A stretch of 64,000 nt of DNA, taken from Octopus sinensis. Taxonomy: Eukaryota. The position numbers were made by a program, and so were the translations under genes. The DNA lies in contig NC_043002.1 of NCBI RefSeq assembly GCF_006345805.1, forward strand, positions 52,824,001 through 52,888,000, in the 5' to 3' direction. This document shows, piece by piece, positions 1 through 13,956 of this stretch. Below the pieces are notes generated by a model that worked only from the letters and a program-made list of their open reading frames with translations, made no database searches and had not been told where the DNA came from. Numbering within the stretch: the first letter of the stretch is position 1; each line of letters begins with the position of its first letter.

Positions 1-834
1 ATGGACCTGGTTGAGAACCACTGATGTAGACGGATGCAGACGATGACCATGATATCTGACTTGCCTCATCCGGTTCACTACACTCCAGAATGTGTTACTG
101 CAGCTGCTTTCACCTCCATTGAACCACGACGGTTTCTTCCGCAGAGTCCACCGGATCCAATCTTCACATGCATAGGCACACAAGCTCTAATATGCTAATT
201 AACCCATAGCTGGAACCCTGACAAATGCTATTACTTCGGGTCAGAGTAAATCTCGAAAGAACAGTGGCTGAGAGGTGATTCTACATTCATCAAACGTTGA
301 TGTACGAATCTAAGGGAGTCGTAGTTCAATACTCGTATGTATTCAGTCCTCCTTGGTTGCATTGTGTCCTAACAAATGCAGTGTTTTAATTTGTGTCGTC
401 TGCCAGTATTTCGTACGTCTGTAAGCGCTTCTGCTTGCTTGTTTTTATGATAGAAATGAATGTACTTTTTATCAGAAATATAAATCCGTATGCAAAAGCC
501 ATAAACATGCACACAAATGCAAAGACAGACTCAAACAAAAACGCAATAATAAGCCAACATGCACAACTCACATGAAATAATTAATTTTATCCATACATAT
601 TTATGCGCGCGCACACACACATACCCATATACACACACAGTTTCCTTCATTCTTATACAAATATATGTTATACGAAGTTGATCTTCATTCTTGTAAAATG
701 AGAAGTATTTCAGGATTCATGGTTTGTATGAATTATTTATATTGCTTTTGGTTGTTTTTCTTCGAAGATAATTCTCATTGGGGTAGGATTACACTTAGAT
801 ATTAGTATCCAGCTTTGGTAGGTTCTGTGTTATG

Positions 835-879
835 CATATACATACATACATACATACATACATACATACATACATACAC

Positions 880-948
<69 letters not shown>

Positions 949-953
949 GTATG

Positions 954-989
<36 letters not shown>

Positions 990-1194
990 CATATATATAT
1001 ACATATATATTTATATATACATATATTCATTCATACTGTTACAAATGCACGTATCTGCATACATGCGTACTTGCTTAAAATTGTCTATGCACAAATCTGT
1101 AAGTTTATATGCACTTTGGGAGCTTGCTGCATGCTTTAAGTACATATACTTAAAGCACGCGACATGTATGTATGTATATGCATACATACATACA

Positions 1195-1225
<31 letters not shown>
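835..1225. repeat. compound (TACA)n/(TA)n/(TATG)n microsatellites
   Basis: Seen directly. Confidence 0.97.
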
Positions 1226-1226
<1 letters not shown>

Positions 1227-1659
1227 CAAATGCGTTTGTGTTCATTCATGTATTCAGAACTATACGAACGAGAGGTGCTTGTAACATTTATATGAATGAA
1301 ATTTCCAAATGTCGTCACACAATACAACCCTAGCGTAGCACTAATCGTTAAAAGAAAACATAGCAAAAAAAAATCCGAACTGAAAAAAAGCGACATAATA
1401 TGGCCGGATGTACTTTCATTTCGAAAGCCGCTCCAATCTTAAACTTGTAAAGACATTTAGTAAATGTGATATGCATCTTTATTATTCAAATAGTAAAAGA
1501 TTATAATAGAAGTATATTTCTTTTATGAATATATTTTGTTTGAATTAACAGAACTTTTGCGTCTACGATCTTTAATCTTCATAAATTGAAGGTTACTGCT
1601 CTTTTATCTCTTTTTCCCTTCATAATTCTCTGCTTTTGTTTTTCCACCATTTTGTCTGC

Positions 1660-2281
<622 letters not shown>

Positions 2282-2586
2282 TCTGTCGACTAGATATCAG
2301 TCAGATTTTAAGCAATTGATCACTTCTTTACGTTGGATATAAAGTCTACAGCTGATGTTTGCCAATTCTAGAAAACAATGAAAGTCTGGCTTCGGCAAAA
2401 ATTACTTCCGTAAAGTTTACTCAATCGAATGAATTTGTGTGCCGTGTGAAGAGAATCATACTGTTCCCAGCATTCTACGAAGCATCGCTCTGCCTGAATC
2501 GATAGAGTTTCTTCTTAAAACACATAAAGTTGTTTTCCAATTGTGAAATTTCTCGTTTAATTACTTAATTTTGTTAGTCCTGGTAG

Positions 2587-2670
2587 TTTAACACATTTAA
2601 CATTTGTCCGGAATATTTAACACATTTAACATCGTATTGTCCGGAACATTTAACACATTTAACATAGTAT
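2587..2670. repeat. three tandem copies of a ~30-bp unit (tttaacacatttaacat...tgtccggaa)
   Basis: Seen directly. Confidence 0.9.
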
Positions 2671-2832
2671 TAAAGTTCTTACTTGTTCGCTTATTCTCTA
2701 CCCAGTCTTTCAGAATATTGAACAGAACTTGGAGTGGATTTAATCTCTAGTTTATTCATAAGGATTCTCTGAATCTCTTTTTGATTTTATCTTTATTGTT
2801 TTTATATATATATATATTTTCATTGTACTCAA

Positions 2833-3046
2833 GGCGGAGAACTGGCAAAATCGTTAGCACACCGGAAAAAAATGCTTAGCGACATTTCGTCCGTGGTTAT
2901 GTACTGAGTTCAAATTCCGCCAAGATCGACTTTGCCTTTCATCCTCTTGGGTATCAATAAAATAAGTACCAGTTGAACACTGGGGTTATGTAATCGACTT
3001 AACCCCTCCCCCGAAATTTCTGGCCTTGTGCAAAAATTTGAAACCT
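2833..3046 (+). mobile_element. SINE family A (tRNA-like head GGCGGCGAGCTGGCAGAATCGTTAGC, core GCCTTTCATCCTTTCGGGGTCGATAAA, ATT-repeat tail)
   Basis: About 210-bp unit present many times in the window; A/B-box-like motifs (TGGCAGAATCG, GAGTTCAAATTCC). The core resembles the Meta/MESC-type SINE domain (from memory, not searched). Confidence 0.9.
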
Positions 3047-4199
3047 ATGTTTTCATTGCACTTTATTGTGTCTTTACACAAAATTGAGGGTTTTCTTTTC
3101 TGTTCCTTATCTACTATGCATACTTTATTAGAGCTTTCCAGTTTGTCTCGAATAATTTCGGTATGTGCCGGTCGAGTATATTCTTACTATTGCAGCTTTT
3201 GGATGGTGAGTTCGCAATGTATCAAGTAATTTTCTGATTTTGCACTTCAGGCTCCTTACTTCGCGTTAAATATCAGTAAATAAGAGGAGTGCGAATGAAC
3301 CAAGATAATTCAGTGAACTTGCAGCTCGACGCCTGGAGAGAAAAGTGCATGCTGGTCAGCATCGAGCCGAAATGAATGTCCTGTAAAGATACTAGGAGTG
3401 TAATACTGGCCATACTTCTTGGTGAATAGGAACAGAGTTGTTTCTCGTAAATGAAGAGGAAACTATCTCTGAGGTGACGAACGTAAAGACGACCTCCATC
3501 TTTATAACTGTCTGACCGTCGTGTCTTGAACCAGTTTTCATTTTCACTAACTGAAGCATCAGCTCTTTTGTTTCTTGTGGGAAAGGGTACGTTCCACTTG
3601 TTAGGTCCATCTATTGCCAACATCTCTGCGCTGAGGACTCGATATGGCTGATGATGCCCAGGCATGCGCTAAGTCTGCGGATATTTCCGGATTAAGTAAA
3701 GGGCTTCTGAGGCACGTTTTCTTGTATTTCGTATGACTGACAGGAGCGCCTGGCAGCTGGAATATTGTTAGGGGCATTTTATAGTAGACAACATTAAATG
3801 GATTGAAGACAGACACTCCTCTTTGGTCAAATCCTCATCAATTTCTTCAAGTTTTCCTTGAAGACTAAGGTGAAAGTAGACAGGATGGTACAGTCATCTG
3901 GTGGAATTTATGAAAAGTGAGCAAGATTATAAAAAATGCGCTTGTAGGCCAGTGTTGATAACTGAAACGGAGTTCTCGTCCTTTGTAGTTAGGGTAATTC
4001 TGGATTCCACTTACTGTTACACTTAATTTCATATCTTTTGCATACTTTTCTTTTCCGAGTGTGTACTTTTTTAATAATTTTTGTTTACACTCATACTGTT
4101 CTTTGCAATTTGTCACTGTAATGTTTCCTTCATCCCATATCTTGATGATTTCTACCAAATGATAGAAATCATCATCATTATTATTATTATTATCATTAA

Positions 4200-4429
4200 G
4201 GCGACGAGATGGCAGAATCATTAGCGCGCTGGACGAAATGCTTAGCGGTATTTTGTCCGTCGCTACGTTCTGAGTTCAAATTCCACCGAGGTCAACTTTA
4301 CCTTTCATCCTTTCGGCGTCGATAAAATAAGTACCAGTTGAACACGGAGGTCGATGTAATCGACTCATCCTCTCCCCCAAAATTGCTACCCTTGTGGCAA
4401 ATTTTGAAACTATTATCATCATCATCATC

Positions 4430-4479
<50 letters not shown>

Positions 4480-4686
4480 CGAGCTGGCAGAATCGCTAGC
4501 AAGCTAGGCAAATGCTTAGCGGTATTTCGTCTATTTTCACGTTTTGAGTTCAAATTCCGCCGAGGTCGACTTTGCCTTTCATCCTTTCGCGGTCGATAAA
4601 AATGAGTACTAGTTGAGTACTGGGGTCTCTGCGATCGACTTTCCCCCTTCCTCCAAATTGCTGGCCTTGAGCTAAAATTTGAAATC
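4200..4686 (+). mobile_element. two tandem SINE family A copies (4200-4410, 4481-4686) separated by (ATC)n/(ATT)n
   Basis: Direct similarity to the other copies; CpG-rich. Confidence 0.92.
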
Positions 4687-4687
4687 A

Positions 4688-4739
<52 letters not shown>

Positions 4740-4774
4740 GTCATCATCATCGTCGTCGTCATCATCTCTTTCGC

Positions 4775-5078
4775 GCATGGCTTTGTGGTTAGGATGTTGT
4801 ATACACGATTGCGAAATCGTGGTTTCGATTCTCTATCGGACGTTGCGTCGTGTTCTTGAGCAAAACACTTCATTTCAAGTTGCTCTGCAATCATTTCGTT
4901 ATCTGATATGTGGCACGTCGTGCACCTGTAGAGGTAATGTTGATTCGATGGAAGGGAGTGAGCTTATGTGAACACAAACATTTGATCACTATAATCAAAT
5001 CATCTGTGTGGTTGCTCAGTAAGAAATTTCACAACCCACATACGTTGTCTAACGATGGGAGAGTCCATGATTATTATT
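4775..5078 (+). mobile_element. SINE family B (tRNA-like head, GTGTTCTTGAGCAAAACACTT core, GGGAGAGTCCAT tail)
   Basis: Homologous to the copies at 58518-58804 (-) and 58903-59208 (+). Confidence 0.85.
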
Positions 5079-6418
5079 TAATTCGTGAAAGAATTGTAAA
5101 ACATGTTAAGTCTTTATATCCTATAATAAAGAGTAATGAAACCAACACGGCTTATTTTCAGTTTGAGAAATCTCCAGATTGATGTTTGGTGATAACAATT
5201 GGGCAGGGAATCGTCAGATCTGGCTGAGGAAAAGCTTTTTGAAAAATATTTATTAACTGATCAATGGAAAATGATACTGTAGAGAAGACTTGAAAAGTTC
5301 TGGAGTGTTTATTATATAGTTTACTTAATCACATAGTTTTCAAACAAAGAGAACACCACTACGAGTTGTTATAATATTGATGAGTGAATGCTTTACCTTT
5401 CAATAGAATTTTTTTTAGGGATATGATTTAATATGTTTGTAGTGTGGTAGCGAATCCATATCTGATGTGGAGTGCAGAACTCAAATTTCTAATGCGAAAC
5501 GAGCTGATACCTTATTGGGAGTCGGTGACTGTTTAAAACTGAATAGGGAATTTAAGTTTTGGAAATATAACATCGGCTACGTTGAAGATGTGTTGTTGCA
5601 ATGAAATGTCATCCGAGGTTGTGATATTAAGCAGTTGTAGAAAAGTTAAAAAGGTCGTTGTTGTTGATTGGTTTTTATGAGTAGAAGAGATTCTGATGTT
5701 TCTATTGATACTTGTTCTTCATATTTCCTAGTGTTTAATGATGAAAAGGGGGCTGGGTGGCGAAGGGTTTAGAGACTGGATAATATATAGAGGACTCATA
5801 CAAAGAGGATCGTAGATTTAATGTGAGCCCTTGATCTGCCAGAAAGAGCAATCAACTCTCCCTCAAATCACAATCAGACCCGACACTTTAAATAAACAAA
5901 TGATACTTTGGATAAAAGCCAAGACAAATTTAAAAAGATGTGGTTACAAATGGAATGCGTTTGGCCAAAGATTTGTATATAGACATCTATCTATCTGTCT
6001 GTCTGTCTACCTGGCTGGCTGGATTTGTCTGTCTGTCTGTCTCTCTGTATGTATGTATGTATGTATGTATGTATGCATGTATGTTTGTAATTATAACTCT
6101 AGTGACCACTTAGTTTTTTTTTATTCTGTTTCCATAATCGCGATTTTAAATACTTCGTAATACATTAACTTAAAATTTTTTTATACAACTACGTTATTCC
6201 TGCTTGCGAATGTAACAATATACTATCTGCTGGAGTGTTTCTAGTTATTGTTAAAAATTCTTGTTGCCGTTAATATCGATATGATTATCGTTATTACTGT
6301 TGTTATCATTTAGCATATGCATGTGTATATGCACACAAATATATGCATATATTAACCTCTAAACGCATCAGAAGAGTATTGGATCCTCATTGTCGTCGTC
6401 GTCATCATCATCATCACC

Positions 6419-6461
<43 letters not shown>

Positions 6462-6569
6462 CCATCATCGTCATTGGCTTCGTTATCATCATCATTAATA
6501 AATTTTGTCTATCCTTACATATTTTCACACACTTTTGTATGCTATTATATTGCATGAATGAATAGGCCC

Positions 6570-6795
6570 TGGTCGCAATAATAAAGAATCATTAACGCGC
6601 CGAAGAAGAATGCTGAACGGCATTTTTATTTTCGGTTTTATGCTCTGGAGTGAAATTCTGCCGAGGCCAACTTTGCCTTTCATCCTTCGAGGTCGATAAA
6701 ATAAATACCAGTTGAACACTGGTAGGGTCGATGTATTCGACTTGTCCCCTCCTCCGAAATTTCAGGTATTGTATCTATTATAGAAAGAATTATTA

Positions 6796-6854
<59 letters not shown>

Positions 6855-7035
6855 GGGGAACTGGCAAAATGTTTAGTGCGTTGGACAAATGCTTAATGGC
6901 ATTTCTTCCGGTTTGCGCTCCAAGCTGAAATTCTGCATAGGTAAAGTTTTATAAGTATCAGTCAAATACTAGAGTTGATACAATCGACTAGTCTCCTCCG
7001 CCAAAATTTCAGACCTTGTGCCTATAGTAGAAATC

Positions 7036-7094
<59 letters not shown>

Positions 7095-7334
7095 CATCAT
7101 CATTATTATTATTATTATTAAAGCGATGAGCTGGCAGAATCATTAGCACACCGGGCAAAATACTTAGCAATATTTCGTCGGATTTAGCATTCTAAATTCA
7201 AATGCCGCCGGAATCGACTTTACCTTTCATTCTTTCTGGGTCAATGAAATGAGTACCAGTTGCACACTGGGGTCGATGTAATCAACTTAGCCACCTCCCC
7301 GCGAAGCTGCTGGTCTTGTGTCTAAATTTGAAGC

Positions 7335-7389
<55 letters not shown>

Positions 7390-7612
7390 TATTATTATTA
7401 TCATTATTATTATGAAGGCGGCCACCTGGCAGAATCGTTAGCACGCCGGGCAAAATGCATAGCGGCATTTCGTCCGCCTTTACGTTTTGAGTTCAAATTC
7501 CGCCGAGGTCGACTTTGCCTTTCATCCTTTCGGAGTCGATAAAATAAGTACCAATTGAACCGACTCATCCCCACCCACTAAATTTGCTGCGCTTGTGGCA
7601 AAATTTGAAATC
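6570..7612 (+). mobile_element. array of four head-to-tail SINE family A copies (~6570-6790, 6855-7036, 7122-7336, 7416-7612) with (ATT)n spacers
   Basis: Repeated head, core and tail motifs; each copy starts in the ATT tail of the previous one. Confidence 0.92.
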
Positions 7613-7739
7613 ATTATTATTATTATTATTATTATTGTCATTATAATCACAATTTTCGTTATCATGGTCATATCGTTATTTTTTGCAAGTATTGTTTTCT
7701 TTGTTATATTTCTCAGCTCCTTTTCTAATATTACAAATT

Positions 7740-8720
7740 CCATTATTGTTCACCAATGTTAACCAATGTTTACCAATGCTGATGCTATTGTTTACAAAGT
7801 CAATACCCTCATTTAAGCGTGTTCATCAACGAACGACGCATCATTGAATCCTCCAGTTATTTCATTTTACTAACGCTCTTATCAATATTCACCGACGTTT
7901 AACAATCTTCGTTCCATTGGGGATTAATATTCACCAATGTTAACACCATGTTTACAATTTTTTTTGTATTAATAATACCATTGATTACCTATGTTTACCA
8001 ATGTTGTCTGCCACTGTTTACTATTGTTGATAGCATCCTTTACCGTTGCTTACCAATATTGATCCCTTTGTTGATATTCGGTACTCATCAACATGAATAC
8101 CTTTCTTCAGAGATTTTGCCGATGTTTGTTGATAACAAGATTTAACCTCGTTTAACGATGTTAATACAATGTTTACTAATGTTGAATCCAATCTTTTTCT
8201 ATGTTGATACTAATGTTTACTAATTATCTACCATTATATACCAACGTTTAACAACGTTAATATCATTTTTGTTTACCAATGTTTTACCATTGCTGACCAG
8301 TGTTTACCAGTTTTCTACCATTGTTTACCAATGTTTAATAATATTCTTCCATTGTTCACCAATTTTTAACAATGTTGGAACCATTATTTATCATCGTTTA
8401 ACAATTTTGATATCATTTTTGTTTACCAATATTTATCAATGTTTTACCACTGTTCACCAGTGTTTATCAGTATTCTACCATTATTTACCAATGTTTCATA
8501 ACATTCTGCCAATGTTCACTAATTTTTACCAATGTTCGTAGCATTCCCAAACAATGTTTACCGATGTTGATGTGTTTATCAATGCCTGCCATTATTTAGC
8601 AAATTCGTTGACGAATGTTCATCGACGTTGTACCATTGTTTACCAATGCTTTCCGACATGGCTATCGTCGTTTACCAATACTTAACCATAGTGATGCCAT
8701 CGTTTATTGCTATGAAAATA
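7740..8720. repeat. degenerate ~10-11-bp tandem repeat (TGTTTACCAA / TTGTTTACCA)
   Basis: Dozens of variants of (a/t)tgtttacca over ~1 kb; source of ORFs 7948-8145 and 8269-8541. Confidence 0.85.
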
Positions 8721-9040
8721 ATCATTAACAAAATATGTTGCCATCCCCCATTCCATGCCCAGTTTTTCTTCTACTACTACTACTACTACTACTACTACAC
8801 ATAATTTTTAATTTAAGAGTTGGTAAAACGTTGGGGGAAAGTCCTTGCAATAAAATATATTGGATCTGTTACATTTTGGTTTCAAGTACCACCAGAGACA
8901 ATCTGGCATTTCATTTTTTTTAAGGGATGGGTCTGATAAAATTCGTATTTGTCAAATACTGGTGGTTCTTTTAGAAATACGTGTGATCCTTGGCCAAAGC
9001 TAGAAATCCCCCACCTCATCATTGCTATTATTATTGTCAA

Positions 9041-10010
9041 AGGTGGCTTGCTGGCAGAATCGTTAGCACACTGGACGAAAATATTTAGTGGTATTTCGCC
9101 CATCGCTACGTTCCGAGTTCAAATTCCAGCACGGTCAACTTTGCCTTTCATTCTTACAGGGTTGATAAATTAAGTACCAGTTGCGCAATGGGATCAATGT
9201 AATCGACTAATCACCTTCCCCAAAATTTCAGTCCTTCTGCTTATAGTAGAAAGGATTATTATTATTATTATTATTAAGGTGATGAGCTGGCAGAATCATT
9301 AGCATGCTGGACGAAATGCTTAGCAGTATTTCACCCATTGATATGTTCTGAGTTCAAATCCCACTGAGGTCAACTTTACCTTTCATTCTTAAAGGGTTGA
9401 TAAATTAAGTACCAGTGAAGCACTGGAGTTGATGTAATCCACTAGTCCCCACCCTCAAGAATTTCAAGCCTTTTGCTTATAGCAGAAGGGATTATCATTA
9501 TTATTATATTATTATTATTATTATTATTATATTATTATTATTAATGCTGCAAGCCACCAGAATCATTAGCACACTGGATAAAATGCTTTGCGGTATTTGG
9601 TCTGTCTTTACATTCTGAAGCCAAATTCCACCGAGGTTGACTTAGCCTTTCATCCTTTTGGAGTGGGGAGGTTGCAGAGATAAATACCAGTTATGTACTG
9701 CAGTCAATATAATCGACTAGCTACTTCCCTAAAATTTCAGGCCTTGTGCCTGTAGTAGAAATGAAAGGATTATCATTATCATTATTATTATTAATGCTGC
9801 TAGCTGCCAGAATCATTAGCATGCTGGACAAAATACTTAGCAACATTTTGTCCGTCTTTATGTAATGAAGTCAAATTCCTCTGAGGTTGACTTTGCCTTT
9901 CATCCTTTCAGGGTCGATAAAGTAAGTACCAGTGAAGTACTGGGGTTAGACCAAATCGACTTGCCCCTTGTTCTCAAAATTTCTGGCCTTGTGCCAAAAT
10001 TAAAAAGAAT
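9041..10010 (+). mobile_element. array of four head-to-tail SINE family A copies (~9041-9256, 9278-9492, 9545-9770, 9795-10010)
   Basis: Same motifs as above with (ATT)n spacers. Confidence 0.92.
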
Positions 10011-10706
10011 TATCATTATTATTATTATTATTTATTATTATTATTATTATTATTGTTATTATTATTTCTAATATCCCCTCTCTGTTTACCATGGTATTAA
10101 AGTGAAAAAAAAATGGTTATTTTTTGTTATTGTTGTTAATATTCATTTTTTTTAAATATATATTTTTTTTGTTGTTGTTAATACATCTTGCTGATTGTTT
10201 ACAAATTGTCATGATCAGATCAATGATAAAAATGAAAAAAAAAATTTAAAAAAGAACTAAAAATAGATACAAAAGACATTTACATGAATATACATAAAAA
10301 TATGCGCACACACACACAGACATATATCACACTCATGTGTTAATATAAATACACACATATATATATACATATATATATATTTGCATATATGCTCATTTAT
10401 ATGCAGTATGTATGTATGTGTGTGTATATATATATGTGTGTGTGTTTATGTATGTATATATATAAGTGTGTGTGTGTGTATGTATATATATATAAAAATA
10501 TATATAATGTTGACAAAAGAAAACTATAAACTACTATCAGTTGTTTACATCTATCTTACAAGTCTATGAAAGCAAATCATAAATGATGTTACACGTTAGA
10601 AAGCCTATTAATAAAAATTGATTTGAAAAATAATTTATAATGTTTTATCTCTGGTGTTTGTTGATCTTTTATTTGTTTTGCTGTATTTTGCTGTTTGTTG
10701 AATATA

Positions 10707-11199
10707 TAGTAATATCTCACTTTACAAGGACCTTCTTTACAAGGCCCTGGGTTTATGAGTTTTATTTTTCAAGCACAAGATCCAAATTTTGAATGAAGTG
10801 CAAAAGTTTCTTCTGCCATAACAAATGCTTCTGTGTGTTACCGAGAAATTTATAGAGCGCGAAAAAATGCTTCTTCTAAGCAAACAACTCTAGACTTGTA
10901 TTTCAAAAAGAAATCTACAAGTCCGTCTAAAATGATCACATCTACAAGTAATGGTGTGTACAAGTCTAGTGCAAGGGAAAATGATTCAGAAAATTATTAT
11001 CTTTTATTATAAATGATCTTGAAATTCCTCTTACATTACATAAAACTTTCTTTACATTCTATCACTGTTTTATTCCTATTTATTTATGAGTATTATAAAT
11101 TTTATTGGTAAAATATTTTCTGGGAACGAATTACGATTTATAACATTGCTACTACGGGCAATTATTGTTCTGCTTTATGAGTATATCGAGGTGTTACTG
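10707..11199 (+). mobile_element. internally deleted Tigger/pogo DNA transposon with transposase C-terminal remnant
   Basis: Ends TA|tAGTAATATCTC ... CGAGGTGTTACTG|TA form imperfect TIRs with TA duplication. Internal frame (~10776-10915) reads QDPNFE*SAKVSSAITNASVCYREIYRARKNASSKQTTLDLYFKKK, the DPN..RS.KV...CYREI...QT.L..YFKK tail of Tigger-type transposases. Confidence 0.88.
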
Positions 11200-12829
11200 T
11201 ATATCTATTACTGCTTGCCATGGATTGGATTGTTTATTTGTTGACTCAGCTCTGAAGGTATGTGGCAGTGATTGAGTCCCTTCATAAAGACTTTATAGAT
11301 TAGAGAAACTGATATTGTTAATGTTCCTTTTGAACCTTTACGAGTTAATAACTGCAAGAAAGGCCAAAGGTGCATGGAAGCAGGAAGGAAGGAAGAAAAG
11401 AAAAAATGGGCATATTGGGTTTGATGGATGAGTGAACATGCCAAAGATGCTTGATAAGAGGAGGGGGAACAATTTGTTGTGAAGCCCTGAGTAGATGTGA
11501 TATAAGCTTAGTCAGCTTCCAAGAGTAGCAGCCCATTAGAGTACTGATATAAAAAGGAGAGAGAGGAGACATCACCTCTGTGGGTCAGAGTTCAGAAGTC
11601 AGAGTGTGTTCTGTGAGTAACTTTATGCAAATAAGTCAAGTGACTCTCTATATTTTTTATTCTTTACTTCATTCTATTATCAGTTTGAGACAAAGGCTGT
11701 GGGCATACTTGGGTACTGCATGGCACTTCTCAAACATTGCTTTTGCTTCATTAATCTGAAGTTCTTCATAATCTGACAACGTTTAATCTTCTGGTGATTT
11801 TAGTGGAATAAACTTTGTTACAAGCCTTTAGATTAGGTTCCTAGTATGAACATGACTTCTTCCATCAGTCATTGAGGCCCTGTAGTGGGACATTGGCACA
11901 ACCCTGAGTTCTCTTCAAAAATAGATAAATAAATGGAAAACATCTATGCATCATTCTTAATGAATAGACATTGGGAAAAACAAATTTAGTGTTGTATTTG
12001 TTGGATGACTTTCATTGCCTCTGATATATATTTATTTTTAAACCCAGCACGTCCATAAAAGATATTATCTCTGAATGAATACTACAATAAATTTGCACTT
12101 CAGGATGTATTTATATTAAGTATGAGTCATATATGACTCTTTTAATCTGAGATTACTTCTGTTGATTATAACAAATATTCTTTCAATTAGATAGCAATTT
12201 GCAACACTTGTGATATCAATAGCAGCAAATTTCATGTAAGTACACTGTTGGTTATTAGTACATGCTTTTGACAAGCATATGATGAGGCAGAAATGCATCG
12301 GGCATTCTCACCAGCCACTGCTGAAAGATTTTTGACTGTTTTTTAAATACAGCACATCTCAGGATGAAAACTGAAATAAATTCGCCTTTCATGATGCATG
12401 TATATGAAGTATAACACACTGATGGCTACTTTAATCAAATACTGCTTTTAAATGAAAAACATATAGATGGTTCAAGCAACTAAGAGAAATTTTATATGGT
12501 TGCTCATAGCAACAAAATTTTCCTTAAAATACACTGTATTTTCTTTAAAAAGAGGTCAAAATGCAAGCACCTAGTAAAACATAAAGAGAAAATGGTCAAG
12601 ACTATAGTACTTTTGAGTATAGGTCTGCACTATCTGGGTTGATTTGATGTTCATAAGCAATGCAGGATTTTAGATCTAGCAAATGAGTCATGATATGGTC
12701 TCCTCAGTCGCTAGAAATGGTGGCTTTGTATCTCAAATCGCAGCCTACATTCTTAAAAAAAGTAAAGACATATTGAAAAATAGTCTTAGGTACATTCACT
12801 ATGTTAAAAAATATATGAGACCTTTTACA

Positions 12830-13285
12830 TGGACTGCAGCCATGATGGAGCATTGCCTTGAAGGACTTATTCTATGGGTCTCTTTTGGCTGAATTGCAAT
12901 GTTACAGAAACATAAGCAAACCAACACCAGTTGTCTAGTTGTGAAGGTACACACACACACACACACTGTAAACTTATCCACAGTTTCTGTCAAACCAAGT
13001 AGTAGAAGAGACTTGCCCAGGGTGTCAAAAGCATGTACTCACAACCAACAGCATGCTTACATGAAATTTACTGCCACTGATATCACAAGTGTTGCAAATT
13101 ATTATCTAATTGAAAGAATATTTGTTATAATCAAGAGAAGCAATATCAGATTAAAAGAGTCATATATGACTCATACTTAATGTAAATACACCCCGAAATG
13201 CAAATTTATTTTAGCATTCATTCAGGATGTCATGCAGTGGAACTGAACAGGAAACTATGTGGTTGTAAAGCAAGGTTCTTTTAAT
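12830..13285 (-). mobile_element. degenerate SINE family C copy interrupted by a ~200-bp insertion (13023-13227)
   Basis: Similar to 13957-14399 on both sides of the insertion (gacttgcccagggtgtca ... tgtcatgcagtggaactgaac). Confidence 0.75.
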
Positions 13286-13302
13286 ATTTATAAACTTAGT
13301 AA

Positions 13303-13515
13303 GGCAGCGAGTTGGCAGTATCGTTAACATGCAGGGCAAAATACTTAGAGGCATTTCATTCATCTTGACATTCTGAGTTCGAATTTTGCTGAGGTTGATT
13401 TTTGCCTTTCATCCTTTCAGGGTCGATAAAATAAATACCAGTTGAACACTGGGGTTGATGTAATTGACTGATCTCCACCCCGAAATTGCTGGCTTTGAGC
13501 CAAAATTTGAAATCA
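13303..13515 (+). mobile_element. SINE family A copy
   Basis: Head, core and tail motifs present. Confidence 0.9.
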
Positions 13516-13956
13516 TTATTATTATGTAATAAAAACTATTTCTTAGCATTTTCTGAATCTGCATTGTTTAAAACAGAAATTAAAGAATGATTAAAAAAAT
13601 AAAAGTTAGAGGAATGGAAACATCCATTCTAAAACAAAAAAAATAGCAAAACTATTATGTTGTGATTATGGTTAGTTCTTAAAGAACAAGTGTATTTTGT
13701 AGTTACAATCATTCTAAAAGCTGGAAAAGTTTTACACCTGACAAAAGTGAAAGTATGATGATAAAATTGACAATTATTTCATTGACTTGCAGAGCTGCAT
13801 TCAATATTTCCTCTAAGAGTAGCTTACATGGTAGCGGGTTCTGGTCTTGTTCTTCAGGATTCAATTCTTCTCATGGAACTGTGAATGAGAGCGTGTGTCT
13901 ATGAAGCCAACATGTTCTATAGACACTTCATAATAATATCATGTTCAGTGGTGTTT

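Noticed and set aside
11200-11822. Possible solo LTR (TATAAAA at ~11548, AATAAA at ~11807, ends in TACA)
   Set aside because: No matching terminal inverted ends or target duplication; the apparent TG start belongs to the Tigger TIR.
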